Shown in pieces: positions 27,438 to 35,888 of a stretch of DNA of 64,000 nucleotides. The stretch covers positions 10,107 to 74,106 of the forward strand of contig JAJFGJ010000016.1 in the NCBI GenBank assembly GCA_021776175.1. Direction: 5' to 3'. The position numbers were made by a program, and so were the translations under genes. Source of the stretch: Kiloniellaceae bacterium (lineage in GTDB: Bacteria; Pseudomonadota; Alphaproteobacteria; Kiloniellales; J153). The notes under the pieces were generated by a model that worked only from the letters and a program-made list of their open reading frames with translations, ran no database searches and was not told the origin of the DNA. How positions within the stretch are numbered: the stretch's first letter is position 1; every line of letters starts with the position of its first letter.

Positions 27438-28613
27438 ATGGTGAGCCCGGCGCGCAAACTCGTTATTAGAAACATTGGGCTGATGCTGTCCGGGGCGCTG
27501 GAACAGCCGATACTCGACGGCGATACGGTGGTGTCGATCGACGGCAAGATCGCCGGTATCGGCCATGAAAAGGATCTCGATACCGGCAATCCCGACACCT
27601 TGATCGACGCCCATGGGACCGCGCTTTCGCCGGGTTTGATCGACAGCCACGTGCATCCCGTTATCGGCGATTACACACCGCGCCAACAGCAGGTGAACTG
27701 GATCGATTCCTGCCTGCACGGCGGCGTCACCACCATGATATCGGCGGGCGAAGTGCATCTTCCGGGCCGGCCCAAGGACATCGTCGGGCTCAAGGCCATG
27801 GCGATAGCCTCGCAGCGCTGGTACGAGAATTTCCGCCCCTCCGGGGTCAAGGTCCATGCCGGGGCGCCGGTCATCGAGGAGGGCATGGAAGAACAGGACT
27901 TCAAGGACATGGCGGAGGCCGGCGTAACCCTGCTGGGCGAGGTCGGACTCGGATCGGTCAAGGCCGGGGACAAGGCCAAGCTCATGGTCGCCTGGGCGCG
28001 CAAGTACGGGATCCAATCCACGATTCATACCGGCGGACCGTCGATTCCCGGCTCCGGCCTGATCGACAAGGACGTTGTCCTGGAAGCCGACGCCGACATT
28101 ATCGGCCACATCAACGGCGGCCACACCGCCCTTCCCGACGATCAGATCGTCTGCCTGTGCGAAAGCTGCAAGCGTGGCATCGAACTCGTGCACAACGGAA
28201 ACGAGCGCGCCGCCCTGCTGGCCATGCGGACGGCTTTTGAACTGGGGCAGTCGGAGCGCGTGATCCTGGGCACCGACGCGCCGGCCGGTTCGGGCGTGCA
28301 GCCCCTTGGCATCCTGCGCATGATCGCCATGCTATCGTCGCTCGGCGACATTCCGGCGGAAACGGCCTTTTGTTTCGCCACCGGCAACACCGCGCGCATG
28401 CGCGGGCTCGATTGCGGCCTGATCGAAACCGGTAAGGCCGCCGACTTCATCCTGATCGACACCGCCCAGCACGCGCCGGGCAAGGACATGTTGGACTCGA
28501 TCCACCAAGGCAACTTGCCCGGTGTCGGCATGACCGTGATAGACGGTGCGATCCGCTCCACACGGTCGCGCAACACGCCGCCGGCCACGAGACTGCCTGA
28601 GCAAGTTAAATAA
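27438..28613 (+). CDS. enamidase-like amidohydrolase (1,4,5,6-tetrahydro-6-oxonicotinate hydrolase family)
   Basis: 391-aa ORF behind an AAGGAGG Shine-Dalgarno. The blocks DSHVHPVIGDYTPRQ, ISAGEVHLPGRPKD, GEVGLGSVK, HTGGPSIPGS, GHINGG, GTDAPAGSGVQPLGILR and SRNTPPA match my recollection of Eubacterium barkeri enamidase. Confidence 0.7.
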   Translation: MVSPARKLVIRNIGLMLSGALEQPILDGDTVVSIDGKIAGIGHEKDLDTGNPDTLIDAHGTALSPGLIDSHVHPVIGDYTPRQQQVNWIDSCLHGGVTTMISAGEVHLPGRPKDIVGLKAMAIASQRWYENFRPSGVKVHAGAPVIEEGMEEQDFKDMAEAGVTLLGEVGLGSVKAGDKAKLMVAWARKYGIQSTIHTGGPSIPGSGLIDKDVVLEADADIIGHINGGHTALPDDQIVCLCESCKRGIELVHNGNERAALLAMRTAFELGQSERVILGTDAPAGSGVQPLGILRMIAMLSSLGDIPAETAFCFATGNTARMRGLDCGLIETGKAADFILIDTAQHAPGKDMLDSIHQGNLPGVGMTVIDGAIRSTRSRNTPPATRLPEQVK

Positions 28614-28619
28614 CGAGAC

Positions 28620-29207
28620 CTAGCGCAAACCGTCCTCGCCCTTGGCTTCTTCGGCCTTGAGGCCGCCGACCCGGGGCAGGGGCCGGCCCGAGTCGGTGAC
28701 CGAAATCGCGACCATGATCTCGTTGGCGCGCGGCGCGTCGTTGATACGCACCTCCATGCCGTCGAAATGCGAACGCACGTAGGCCGCGTCCTTGTGACCC
28801 AACGGCACGTCGAGCGGCTGGCCCATGGAGCCCATCTTTTTCGACGACGGCACCAGGGCCGCGCCCTTTTCCACCGCCGCGCGCAGCGGTTTACCCAGGC
28901 GCGGGTGCAGGATCGCGGCCGCATGTTCCAGTTCGCCGTTCTCGCCGACCATGGCGGCCTTGCCGTAGCTCTCGGCCTGCCGGGGTTCGATCCCAAGCGC
29001 TTCGACACAGCGCCGGCCCAGGATACCGCCCAGTTCCTCGCCTATGGCCATGAGGTCTTCCAGGTCTTCCCGGTAGTGGCCCGCGAAGGGATTCTCGATC
29101 ACCGCGACGGCCGCCGCCCGGCGCGTGGGCGGTGAGATGTCCTGGCCAATTTCCTTGCGGGTTTCTTCCACGAGGGTGACGATCTTGCGGATTTTTGCCT
29201 TAGTCAT
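28620..29207 (-). CDS. amino acid synthesis family protein (DUF1185 / Pfam AA_synth), function unknown
   Basis: 195-aa ORF. The blocks AVIENPFAGHY.EDL, SYGKAAMVGENGELEHAAAILHP, LGHKDAAYVRSHFD and DAPRANEI are typical of DUF1185. Confidence 0.8.
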   Translation of the reverse strand: MTKAKIRKIVTLVEETRKEIGQDISPPTRRAAAVAVIENPFAGHYREDLEDLMAIGEELGGILGRRCVEALGIEPRQAESYGKAAMVGENGELEHAAAILHPRLGKPLRAAVEKGAALVPSSKKMGSMGQPLDVPLGHKDAAYVRSHFDGMEVRINDAPRANEIMVAISVTDSGRPLPRVGGLKAEEAKGEDGLR

Positions 29208-29788
29208 CTCAAGCCATCCTCTCCTTTGATCTCGCTCGCTTGCAATCCACCGGCGCGGGCGTGAATACGCGCGCCGGTCGTCATGACCAGAGCAACCAGC
29301 ATTTCGTTCTTTCGGGGCGCATCGTTAATGCCGACTTCGATGGCATCGAAATGCGAGCGGACATAGGAAGCATTGGCGTGGGTCACCGGAATATCGAGCC
29401 GGGTTCCAGGCCCGCCGACTTTTTTCGACGAGGAAACAATGGCCTTTGATTTTGGGATCAGCTCCCGCATCGAATAACCGCCCGGCGCGTGCCAGAGCGC
29501 GGCATGTTCCAGCTCGCCCGCCTCCCCGACGATGGCGCCCTTGCCATAGCCTTCGACGACCGTGGGACCGCCACCCAGGGCATCGATCAAGTCTTGGGCC
29601 ATCTTGAGGCCGAGAGGTTTTAAATCGTCGATAAACCCGACGATATCCTCGACGTAGCGCCCGGCGAAGGGGTTTTCTATGACCGTGCAAATGGCGCCCC
29701 GGCGCAAGGGAACGGACGCCACGGGCCCGCCCTCGTGGAAAATTTCATCGAGGACGATAACGGATTTTCGGATCGCGACTTCAGGCAT
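29204..29788 (-). CDS. amino acid synthesis family protein (DUF1185), second paralogue
   Basis: Trimmed to the ATG at 29788, an 8-nt overlap with the upstream stop at 29781. Same block structure: TVIENPFAGRYVEDI, GYGKGAIVGEAGELEHAALWH, THANASYVRSHFD. Confidence 0.8.
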   Translation of the reverse strand: MPEVAIRKSVIVLDEIFHEGGPVASVPLRRGAICTVIENPFAGRYVEDIVGFIDDLKPLGLKMAQDLIDALGGGPTVVEGYGKGAIVGEAGELEHAALWHAPGGYSMRELIPKSKAIVSSSKKVGGPGTRLDIPVTHANASYVRSHFDAIEVGINDAPRKNEMLVALVMTTGARIHARAGGLQASEIKGEDGLR

Positions 29789-30638
29789 GAACGAGCCTCT
29801 TCGTTTCTGTTCGCTCAAGGATTCGGGTTTGGTCTTGAAGACATAACGCCGCCGCCGCGATCAAGCCATCATTGTGCATTTCCCGCGCCACTCTTAGACC
29901 CCGGCCGAGCGCGTCCGACTTTTCGCCGGCATCGAGGATGCCGACATCGATCGTCACCAAGCGGCCGCCCAGATCGCTATCGGGAGAAAGCGCGCGCGCG
30001 GGCCGCCTGCGAACCGAGGCCGCGCCGGGAAGCGTAACCGCGTTGGCGATCAAGGTCGCCGCCACGTCCGCCACCGCCGCGCAATCCGCCAGCACGGTCA
30101 CGGAATCGGCGATGCCGAGACTATGGCTGCGCCCGCGCCAACCGCTGGTCGCGATACCGCGCACCCTATCCCCGCTTTGTATCGTCATCTTGGTTCCATA
30201 AACCGCGCCGACGGCGAAACTTTCCCCCGGCGCCAAATACAAGGCAATGTCGCCGCCGTTGTTCACATAGGCCCGGCGCAAGCGCCGGCCCCGGCGAAGT
30301 TCGGACAGGATATGATCGGCGACCGACCCCGCGACCGCCGCCATGGGGGTCACGAATACCTTGGCGTGGGGAGAAACGGCGCGCAGCATTCGCCGGGCGA
30401 CCGCGCCAACCGGCGCTTGACGGATCGTATCTAGGGGTGCCCTCAAGATCGAAAGCTCCGAGACCAAGGTCTCCAAGACCGGCTGGAAGGCGTCTTGAGC
30501 CTGCCGGTAGGCAGCCGCCACTTCTCCGGCACTCCCCGCCGCTTCCACGATCAAGTCGATGGGTCCGTGCTGCAAGTGGAGCCGCCGGCCATCGGGGAGC
30601 ATGACCGCCTGAGGGCCGCTATCGCGAAAGGCGCTCAT
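29781..30638 (-). CDS. UPF0280 family protein (ApbE-like superfamily)
   Basis: Track ORF 29781..31085 trimmed to the ATG at 30638 (MSAFRDSGPQAVMLPDGRRLHLQHGPIDLIV...), an ATGA overlap with the upstream stop. HLQHGPIDL, FVTPMAAVAG and NNGGDIAL are UPF0280-like. Confidence 0.7.
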   Translation of the reverse strand: MSAFRDSGPQAVMLPDGRRLHLQHGPIDLIVEAAGSAGEVAAAYRQAQDAFQPVLETLVSELSILRAPLDTIRQAPVGAVARRMLRAVSPHAKVFVTPMAAVAGSVADHILSELRRGRRLRRAYVNNGGDIALYLAPGESFAVGAVYGTKMTIQSGDRVRGIATSGWRGRSHSLGIADSVTVLADCAAVADVAATLIANAVTLPGAASVRRRPARALSPDSDLGGRLVTIDVGILDAGEKSDALGRGLRVAREMHNDGLIAAAALCLQDQTRILERTETKRLVHA

Positions 30639-32158
30639 TTGTCGAGAGCCGGGTCGGCCCAGCCGTAGTTCCCGGCGCGCGTCGGCCAGGGATTGCCAAG
30701 GTCCTGGCGGACATGGACTTGCCCTTTCAGGACATGATCGTTTTGCGGCCCCGTGACACCTTTGACCGCTTCCTCGAGCGCCACCACATGATCCATATGG
30801 CCGCCCATCCTTTCGTAGTCTTGGCGCCGCATGGTGAATTCGATCGGGGCGACCAAGGCTGGTGTCGGCACGTAACCGAAGGCTTGCTCGGGCATGTGGG
30901 TGACATCGGCCATGATGGTGATCCCGCCGCCCGGCCAGACATACGCCGGCGCTCCGCCGCAGGTGATATGGATAAGCGCCTGCTTCACCGAACGGGTCAG
31001 CTTGACCGGATTTTCGGTCACTCCGGCGCGAAGCGACCCGCCCGCGCCGCCCATGAACAGGACCGAACACAAAGCCGCTTCGCAATTTTCCTCGATGCGC
31101 CGGACCGTGGGCTGCAGGCGATCCGGCATGGCAATTTTCCGCGGCTTCAAATCCGCGTCCAATTCGAAATACGCGAACTGCTCTCCGGTGGTGGAGACCA
31201 TGAGCAGGGATTGTCCGGGGCGGGCGATTTTCGGGTCGAAATTTTCGAGGATCATTAAGGGGTCGTCGATATCCGTGCCGCCCCAGCCGGTTCCCGGCTC
31301 CGCGACCTGAAAATAGCGCCCCGGCGTGGATCGCCGCCCCTTGACCTTGATGCCGCTTGCCGGCCAGCCGATTACCTTACCGGCCTGATGTTCCGACACG
31401 ACCCCGGTAATGTGATCGTCGACCACCACGACTTCGTCAACCAGGCCCCGCCATTGGGAGGCGAACATGCCGATGGTCGCCGAACCGCAACCGACCCTCA
31501 TGCGTTGTTCCTCGACGCCATTGACGATGGGCGGCTTCCCGGCCTCGACAACGACCGTCGAGCCCTCGTCAACCGTCATAACCACCGGCTTTCGGTTGCA
31601 CAGGTCCATGAGCGACTTGCAGGTGACGCGGCCTTCCTTCTTGCCGCCGCCGGTCAAGTGATGCACGCCCCCAATCGACAGCATCTGAGACCCGTACTCG
31701 CCGGTCGTCACATGGCCGACGGGCTCGCCATCGACACGAACCAGGTTTCGTTCGGGCCCCAGGTGCCGGTCGGTATCGATTTTCACCTTCGCGCCGCAGT
31801 AGCTGAAGATACCCTCGGTCACGACGGTGATCATGTCGATGCCGTTAACCTCGCACGACACGATAAAGGGCGCCGGCTTATAATCCGGATAGGTGGTGCC
31901 GGCCCCAATCGCGGTGACAAAGGCCGCGCCGGGCGTCACCAGTTCGCCGTCCCATTCCTTGCCGGTGTCCAAGAACGGCACCAGCTTGCCGCTATCTTCC
32001 TGGCGCCGCTCGATGAGGATCAGCGGATCGACCCGGATCAGTTGCCCGCCTTCGTTGGCATAGCGGTCGCAGGCACCGGCTTTGCCCTCGGCGATGTAGC
32101 ACATCACCGGGCAAGCGTCGCAGCGGATTTTATCGCGTGCGGGTTTCTCTTTGCTCAT
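30635..32158 (-). CDS. 6-hydroxynicotinate reductase-like Fe-S flavoprotein
   Basis: 507-aa ORF. The N-terminal Cys cluster KIRCDACPVMCYIAEGKAGACDRYAN and the length match proteins I recall being annotated as 6-hydroxynicotinate reductase (Hnr). ATGA coupling at both ends. Confidence 0.6.
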   Translation of the reverse strand: MSKEKPARDKIRCDACPVMCYIAEGKAGACDRYANEGGQLIRVDPLILIERRQEDSGKLVPFLDTGKEWDGELVTPGAAFVTAIGAGTTYPDYKPAPFIVSCEVNGIDMITVVTEGIFSYCGAKVKIDTDRHLGPERNLVRVDGEPVGHVTTGEYGSQMLSIGGVHHLTGGGKKEGRVTCKSLMDLCNRKPVVMTVDEGSTVVVEAGKPPIVNGVEEQRMRVGCGSATIGMFASQWRGLVDEVVVVDDHITGVVSEHQAGKVIGWPASGIKVKGRRSTPGRYFQVAEPGTGWGGTDIDDPLMILENFDPKIARPGQSLLMVSTTGEQFAYFELDADLKPRKIAMPDRLQPTVRRIEENCEAALCSVLFMGGAGGSLRAGVTENPVKLTRSVKQALIHITCGGAPAYVWPGGGITIMADVTHMPEQAFGYVPTPALVAPIEFTMRRQDYERMGGHMDHVVALEEAVKGVTGPQNDHVLKGQVHVRQDLGNPWPTRAGNYGWADPALDK

Positions 32159-34899
32159 TCCCCAAGCGCCTTAATGGCGGCCCGAATCTTATCGGGCGTG
32201 GCGGGCAGGTCGCGAACCCACGCGCCGGTGGCATCGTGGATGGCATTCAGGATCGCGGGCGCCGTGGGAATCAGCACATGCTCCCCCAAACCCTTCGCGC
32301 CGTAGGGTCCCTCGGCATCCGCCACTTCGACGATAATGTTCTCCACCACCGGCATATCGCCAAATGTCGGTATCAAATAATCGTGCAGGTTTTCGGTGCG
32401 GCCCGGAATGTATTCTTCCATCAAGGCCATGCCAATTCCCTGAGCCGCCCCGCCTTCGATCTGGCCTTCGATCAGAACCGGATTTATGGCGCGCCCGACA
32501 TCGTGCGCCGTGCTCAAGCGGTCGAGCGTGACCGTCCCCAACGCCGTATCGACGCTCAGTTCCATGATTTGAGCGCCGTAGCCAAAGACGGCATAGGGAA
32601 TGCCCTGACCGTTTTCATCCAAGGGCTCGGTCGGCGGATCGTAAGTCTCCTCACCGCGAAACACGTAGCCGAATTCATCGGGCACCAGCCTAGACAAATC
32701 CATGGCTGAGACAACAGTGCCTTCGGTCAACTCAATATGGCCGGGCTTGAATACGATATGCGCGCTGTCCGACACATTAGCGTGGCGAAGGATCTTTTGG
32801 CGCAAAGCCTCCCCGGAAAGCTTGGCCGCCGAACCGCTGACGTAGGTTTGACGCGACGCCGAGGTCTTCCCGGCATCGGGCGTCAGGTCAGTATCGCCGC
32901 CTAGCAGATCGAGGGCGTGGACCGGCACGCCCAAGGCGTCGGCAGCGATTTGGGCAATCACGGTCGTCGCGCCCTGGCCGATATCCATGGCGCCTTGATG
33001 CAGGACCACCCGGCCATCGGGCGTCACGCCGATGCGGATCGTCGAGGGGTTCGGCAGAGATGTGTTGCCGCACCCGTACCAGCAAGACGCGATCCCGGCG
33101 CCGCGCCGTAAGCCTGAGTCCTTGGTTTGACGGTTGAAGCCGCGCGTCTCGCCCACGGCGCGTTCCCAAGCCGGCTTAAGAGCCTCCAGGCAGGCGGCGA
33201 TGCCCATGCCCTTGGCAAAGACCTGCCCGGTAACGCTCGCCTGACCGTTCGAGAGCGCATTGCGCAGGCGAAACTCCAAACGGTCGATGCCGGCCATGGC
33301 AGCCAGCTCGTCATAGAGGCATTCCTGGGCTATCGCCGCTTGCGGCACGCCGAAACCCCGGAACGCGCCGGAGGGCGGGCCGTTGGTGTGGACCGCCACA
33401 CTGCGCGCGGCATAGTTGGGCGTGAAATAGGGGCCGGAGGCATGAACCGGCACCCGGTTGGCCACGGTCGGGCCCCAGCTGGCATAGGCGCCGGTGTTGA
33501 ACACCCCGTCGAAATCGAACGCCGTTATTTTCCCGGATTCGTCGCAGCCGATCTTCGCGGTTATTTCCGAGGGATGCCGCTTGGTCGTCGATTGCATGGA
33601 CTCCTGGCGGCTGTATATGAGGGCCGCCGGCCGGTTCAGGTGCCAGGCGGCGATGGCGATATAGGGCTGCAAGGAAATATCGAGCTTGGAGCCGAAGCCG
33701 CCGCCGCAGGCGCTTGGCACGATACGAACCCGCGCGCGGTCGAGGGCCATGATTTCCGCGATCGCATCGCGATCCATATAGGGCGCCTGCGTCGGCGTGA
33801 AGATCTCGATGCGGTCCCCGGCCCGGCGCGCGAAACCGGCTTCGGGTTCTATATAGGCGTGTTCGACAAACGGGGTGGAGAATTGCCCTTCAACCATATG
33901 AGCGGCCTGGGCGAACCCCGCCGCGACATCGCCGCGCTCGACACGGCCCCGGACCAGGATATTCCCATGACGGTCATGGTGAAGCCGTGGGGCATCCCCG
34001 GCACGGGCTTGCGCCGGAGTCAGCACATGCGGCAGGGGATCCCAGGCGACCGGGAAGGTATCCAGATCCAGCGCCTTCATGGCCTCGCGCTCACCGGCGA
34101 CCGCGGCGACGGCCTCGCCGCGATAACGTGCCCGCTTTTCCGCGAACACGGGCTGATCGGCGAAAGGCGGAATGACGCCGAAGCAGTTACGCCCGGCGAT
34201 ATCCGCCGCGGTGAACACCGCCAAAATACCGGGGTGGCGCTCGACGAAGCCGGCCAGATCGCCGAAGGCGAAAGCGGCATGGTGATGCGGGCTTCGCACA
34301 ACCCGGACCATGACCGCGTCTTGCGGAATGAGGTCGGCGCCGAAGGCCTCGGTTCCGGTTACCTTGGGGCCACCGTCCAAGCGGCGGATACGCGCGCCCA
34401 CTCCCGCGCCGGCCGGCGGCGATGCATCGCTACCCTCAAAGCCGGAAGCCCGCGCGACGGCATCGGCGATCTTGCCATATCCCGTGCATCGGCACAGCAC
34501 CCCGCCCAAGGCGTCGGCGATCTCGCGCCGGGTCGGATTGGGGTTGCGCCGCAGCAAGGCGGCGGCGGAGACCAACATGCCCGGCGTACAGATGCCGCAT
34601 TGAGCGGCGCCGAAATGCAGGAACGATTCCTGCAGCCTGGACAAGGCGCCGTTCTCTTTCAGGCCTTCGACGGTGGTGACCTCGGTGCCCTCCGCCTGAG
34701 CGGCGGGAACCAGGCAGGAGCAGCAGGCCTGGCCGTCGATCAGCACGGTGCAGGCGCCGCAATCGCCGGCGTCGCATCCGGCCTTGGTGCCGGTTTGCCC
34801 CAGATTATCCCGCAGCATCGACGACAAACGATCGCTTGGCGCGACGACGGCGCTAACCGGCGCGCCGTTCAGCTCGAAACTAACCTTGAGGCCGCTCAT
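32155..34899 (-). CDS. xanthine-dehydrogenase-family molybdopterin hydroxylase, fused [2Fe-2S] and Moco subunit
   Basis: Trimmed to the ATG at 34899 (MSGLKVSFELNG...). The N-terminus has both 2Fe-2S motifs, GCDAGDCGACTV and CGICTPGM...CRCTGY. About 750 aa of aldehyde-oxidase/XDH a/b-hammerhead and Moco-binding region follows. Confidence 0.85.
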   Translation of the reverse strand: MSGLKVSFELNGAPVSAVVAPSDRLSSMLRDNLGQTGTKAGCDAGDCGACTVLIDGQACCSCLVPAAQAEGTEVTTVEGLKENGALSRLQESFLHFGAAQCGICTPGMLVSAAALLRRNPNPTRREIADALGGVLCRCTGYGKIADAVARASGFEGSDASPPAGAGVGARIRRLDGGPKVTGTEAFGADLIPQDAVMVRVVRSPHHHAAFAFGDLAGFVERHPGILAVFTAADIAGRNCFGVIPPFADQPVFAEKRARYRGEAVAAVAGEREAMKALDLDTFPVAWDPLPHVLTPAQARAGDAPRLHHDRHGNILVRGRVERGDVAAGFAQAAHMVEGQFSTPFVEHAYIEPEAGFARRAGDRIEIFTPTQAPYMDRDAIAEIMALDRARVRIVPSACGGGFGSKLDISLQPYIAIAAWHLNRPAALIYSRQESMQSTTKRHPSEITAKIGCDESGKITAFDFDGVFNTGAYASWGPTVANRVPVHASGPYFTPNYAARSVAVHTNGPPSGAFRGFGVPQAAIAQECLYDELAAMAGIDRLEFRLRNALSNGQASVTGQVFAKGMGIAACLEALKPAWERAVGETRGFNRQTKDSGLRRGAGIASCWYGCGNTSLPNPSTIRIGVTPDGRVVLHQGAMDIGQGATTVIAQIAADALGVPVHALDLLGGDTDLTPDAGKTSASRQTYVSGSAAKLSGEALRQKILRHANVSDSAHIVFKPGHIELTEGTVVSAMDLSRLVPDEFGYVFRGEETYDPPTEPLDENGQGIPYAVFGYGAQIMELSVDTALGTVTLDRLSTAHDVGRAINPVLIEGQIEGGAAQGIGMALMEEYIPGRTENLHDYLIPTFGDMPVVENIIVEVADAEGPYGAKGLGEHVLIPTAPAILNAIHDATGAWVRDLPATPDKIRAAIKALGE

Positions 34900-34909
34900 G
34901 GAGCCGGCC

Positions 34910-35755
34910 TCATGCCAAGCAGCCCAGCAGGGCACGCAGGACCAACTCACGCGCGGCTTCGGCGCGGTACTCGGCAGTCGCGCGCACATCGTCCAAGGGA
35001 GTCAAGAGATCGAAGCGCGCGGGCAAAACCGCCTCGATAGATGACTCGTCCAGGTGCTTCCCGATCAACGCCCGTTCCAAGTCCCGCAAGCGCCGGGCGG
35101 CCACGGAACAGGCGCCGACCGAGACCCGCGCGCCGGTTACGCTTCCGCCGGCGCCGGTTTCGATTCGCGCCGCCACCATGGCGATGGCAATGACCAGGTA
35201 ACGCCGCGACCCTAGCTTAATAAATTTCGAGCGACCTCGCGCGGATTTGGCGGTGACCAATATGCCGGTCACCATCTCGTCCGGGCGCAAGGCGGTCGCG
35301 CGGTTGCCCAGGATAAAATCGGCCAGAGCAAGACGACGCTTGCCGCGTGAGGAGGCCGTTTCGATTTCCGCATCCAGGATCAACAGCGGCGGCACCCCGT
35401 CGGCGGCCGGCGAGGCATTGCAGAGATTGCCCGCGACCGTGGCCCGGTTCTGAATCTGCACCGAGCCCACCTCCCGCGCGGCTTGCTTGAGCGCATCGAA
35501 GGCGGGCGGCAGATTAGCGCAAACCACGTCGCGCCATGTCGTCAGGGCGCCAATGCGCCAGTCCCCCAGGCGTGGGCCATCCTCTTCGCGACGGATTCCG
35601 CGTAAGTCCTTAAGAGCGGAAATATCCAGAACCGGCCCGGCGACAGCCCGGCCGCCAAGGGCGGGATAGAAGTCGGTGCCGCCCGCGAGAACCCTCCATC
35701 GGTCCTCCGCCAAGAGCGATAGCGCCGCATCCACCGTCCTTGGTCTCGCGTACAT
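34910..35755 (-). CDS. FAD-binding subunit of molybdopterin hydroxylase (CoxM/XdhB-like)
   Basis: 281-aa ORF. The blocks VLAGGTDFYP and ATVAGNLCNASPAAD are typical of the FAD_binding_5 / CO-dehydrogenase flavoprotein family. Confidence 0.85.
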   Translation of the reverse strand: MYARPRTVDAALSLLAEDRWRVLAGGTDFYPALGGRAVAGPVLDISALKDLRGIRREEDGPRLGDWRIGALTTWRDVVCANLPPAFDALKQAAREVGSVQIQNRATVAGNLCNASPAADGVPPLLILDAEIETASSRGKRRLALADFILGNRATALRPDEMVTGILVTAKSARGRSKFIKLGSRRYLVIAIAMVAARIETGAGGSVTGARVSVGACSVAARRLRDLERALIGKHLDESSIEAVLPARFDLLTPLDDVRATAEYRAEAARELVLRALLGCLA

Positions 35756-35888
35756 TCAATCCTTTCCCCGCTATTGCCGCGCGGGAGCGTTTTAGATTCC
35801 CATGCCTATGACAAGACGAAAATTCACGCCTCCCTCTCGCCGAAGAGATCATACAGCACGCTTGCGGCGCCACGGGGGACTCTTTTTT

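Noticed and set aside
29781-31085. N-terminal extensions of track ORFs. Examples are 29781..31085, 41496..43367, 42506..43990, 6633..7829, 7675..8784, 32155..34989, 51373..52647, 54225..56282 and 48896..49879.
   Set aside because: The extensions overlap the upstream gene in another frame and are R/P-rich. Internal ATG/GTG codons sit exactly at the upstream stop (ATGA/GTGA/TGATG coupling) or behind good Shine-Dalgarno sequences, and they yield family-typical N-termini.
33127-35040. 637-aa forward ORF antisense to the molybdopterin hydroxylase gene. The same reasoning applies to 36255..38357 (antisense to copA), 5624..6574, 19165..19950, 20170..21288, 22681..23556, 27408..28193, 28142..29008, 44963..46132, 49662..51149 and 57238..58110.
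   Set aside because: These are long stop-free antisense or alternate frames, which are expected at this GC content. Their translations are R/G/D/H-rich without motifs, whereas the opposite-strand genes carry unambiguous family signatures.
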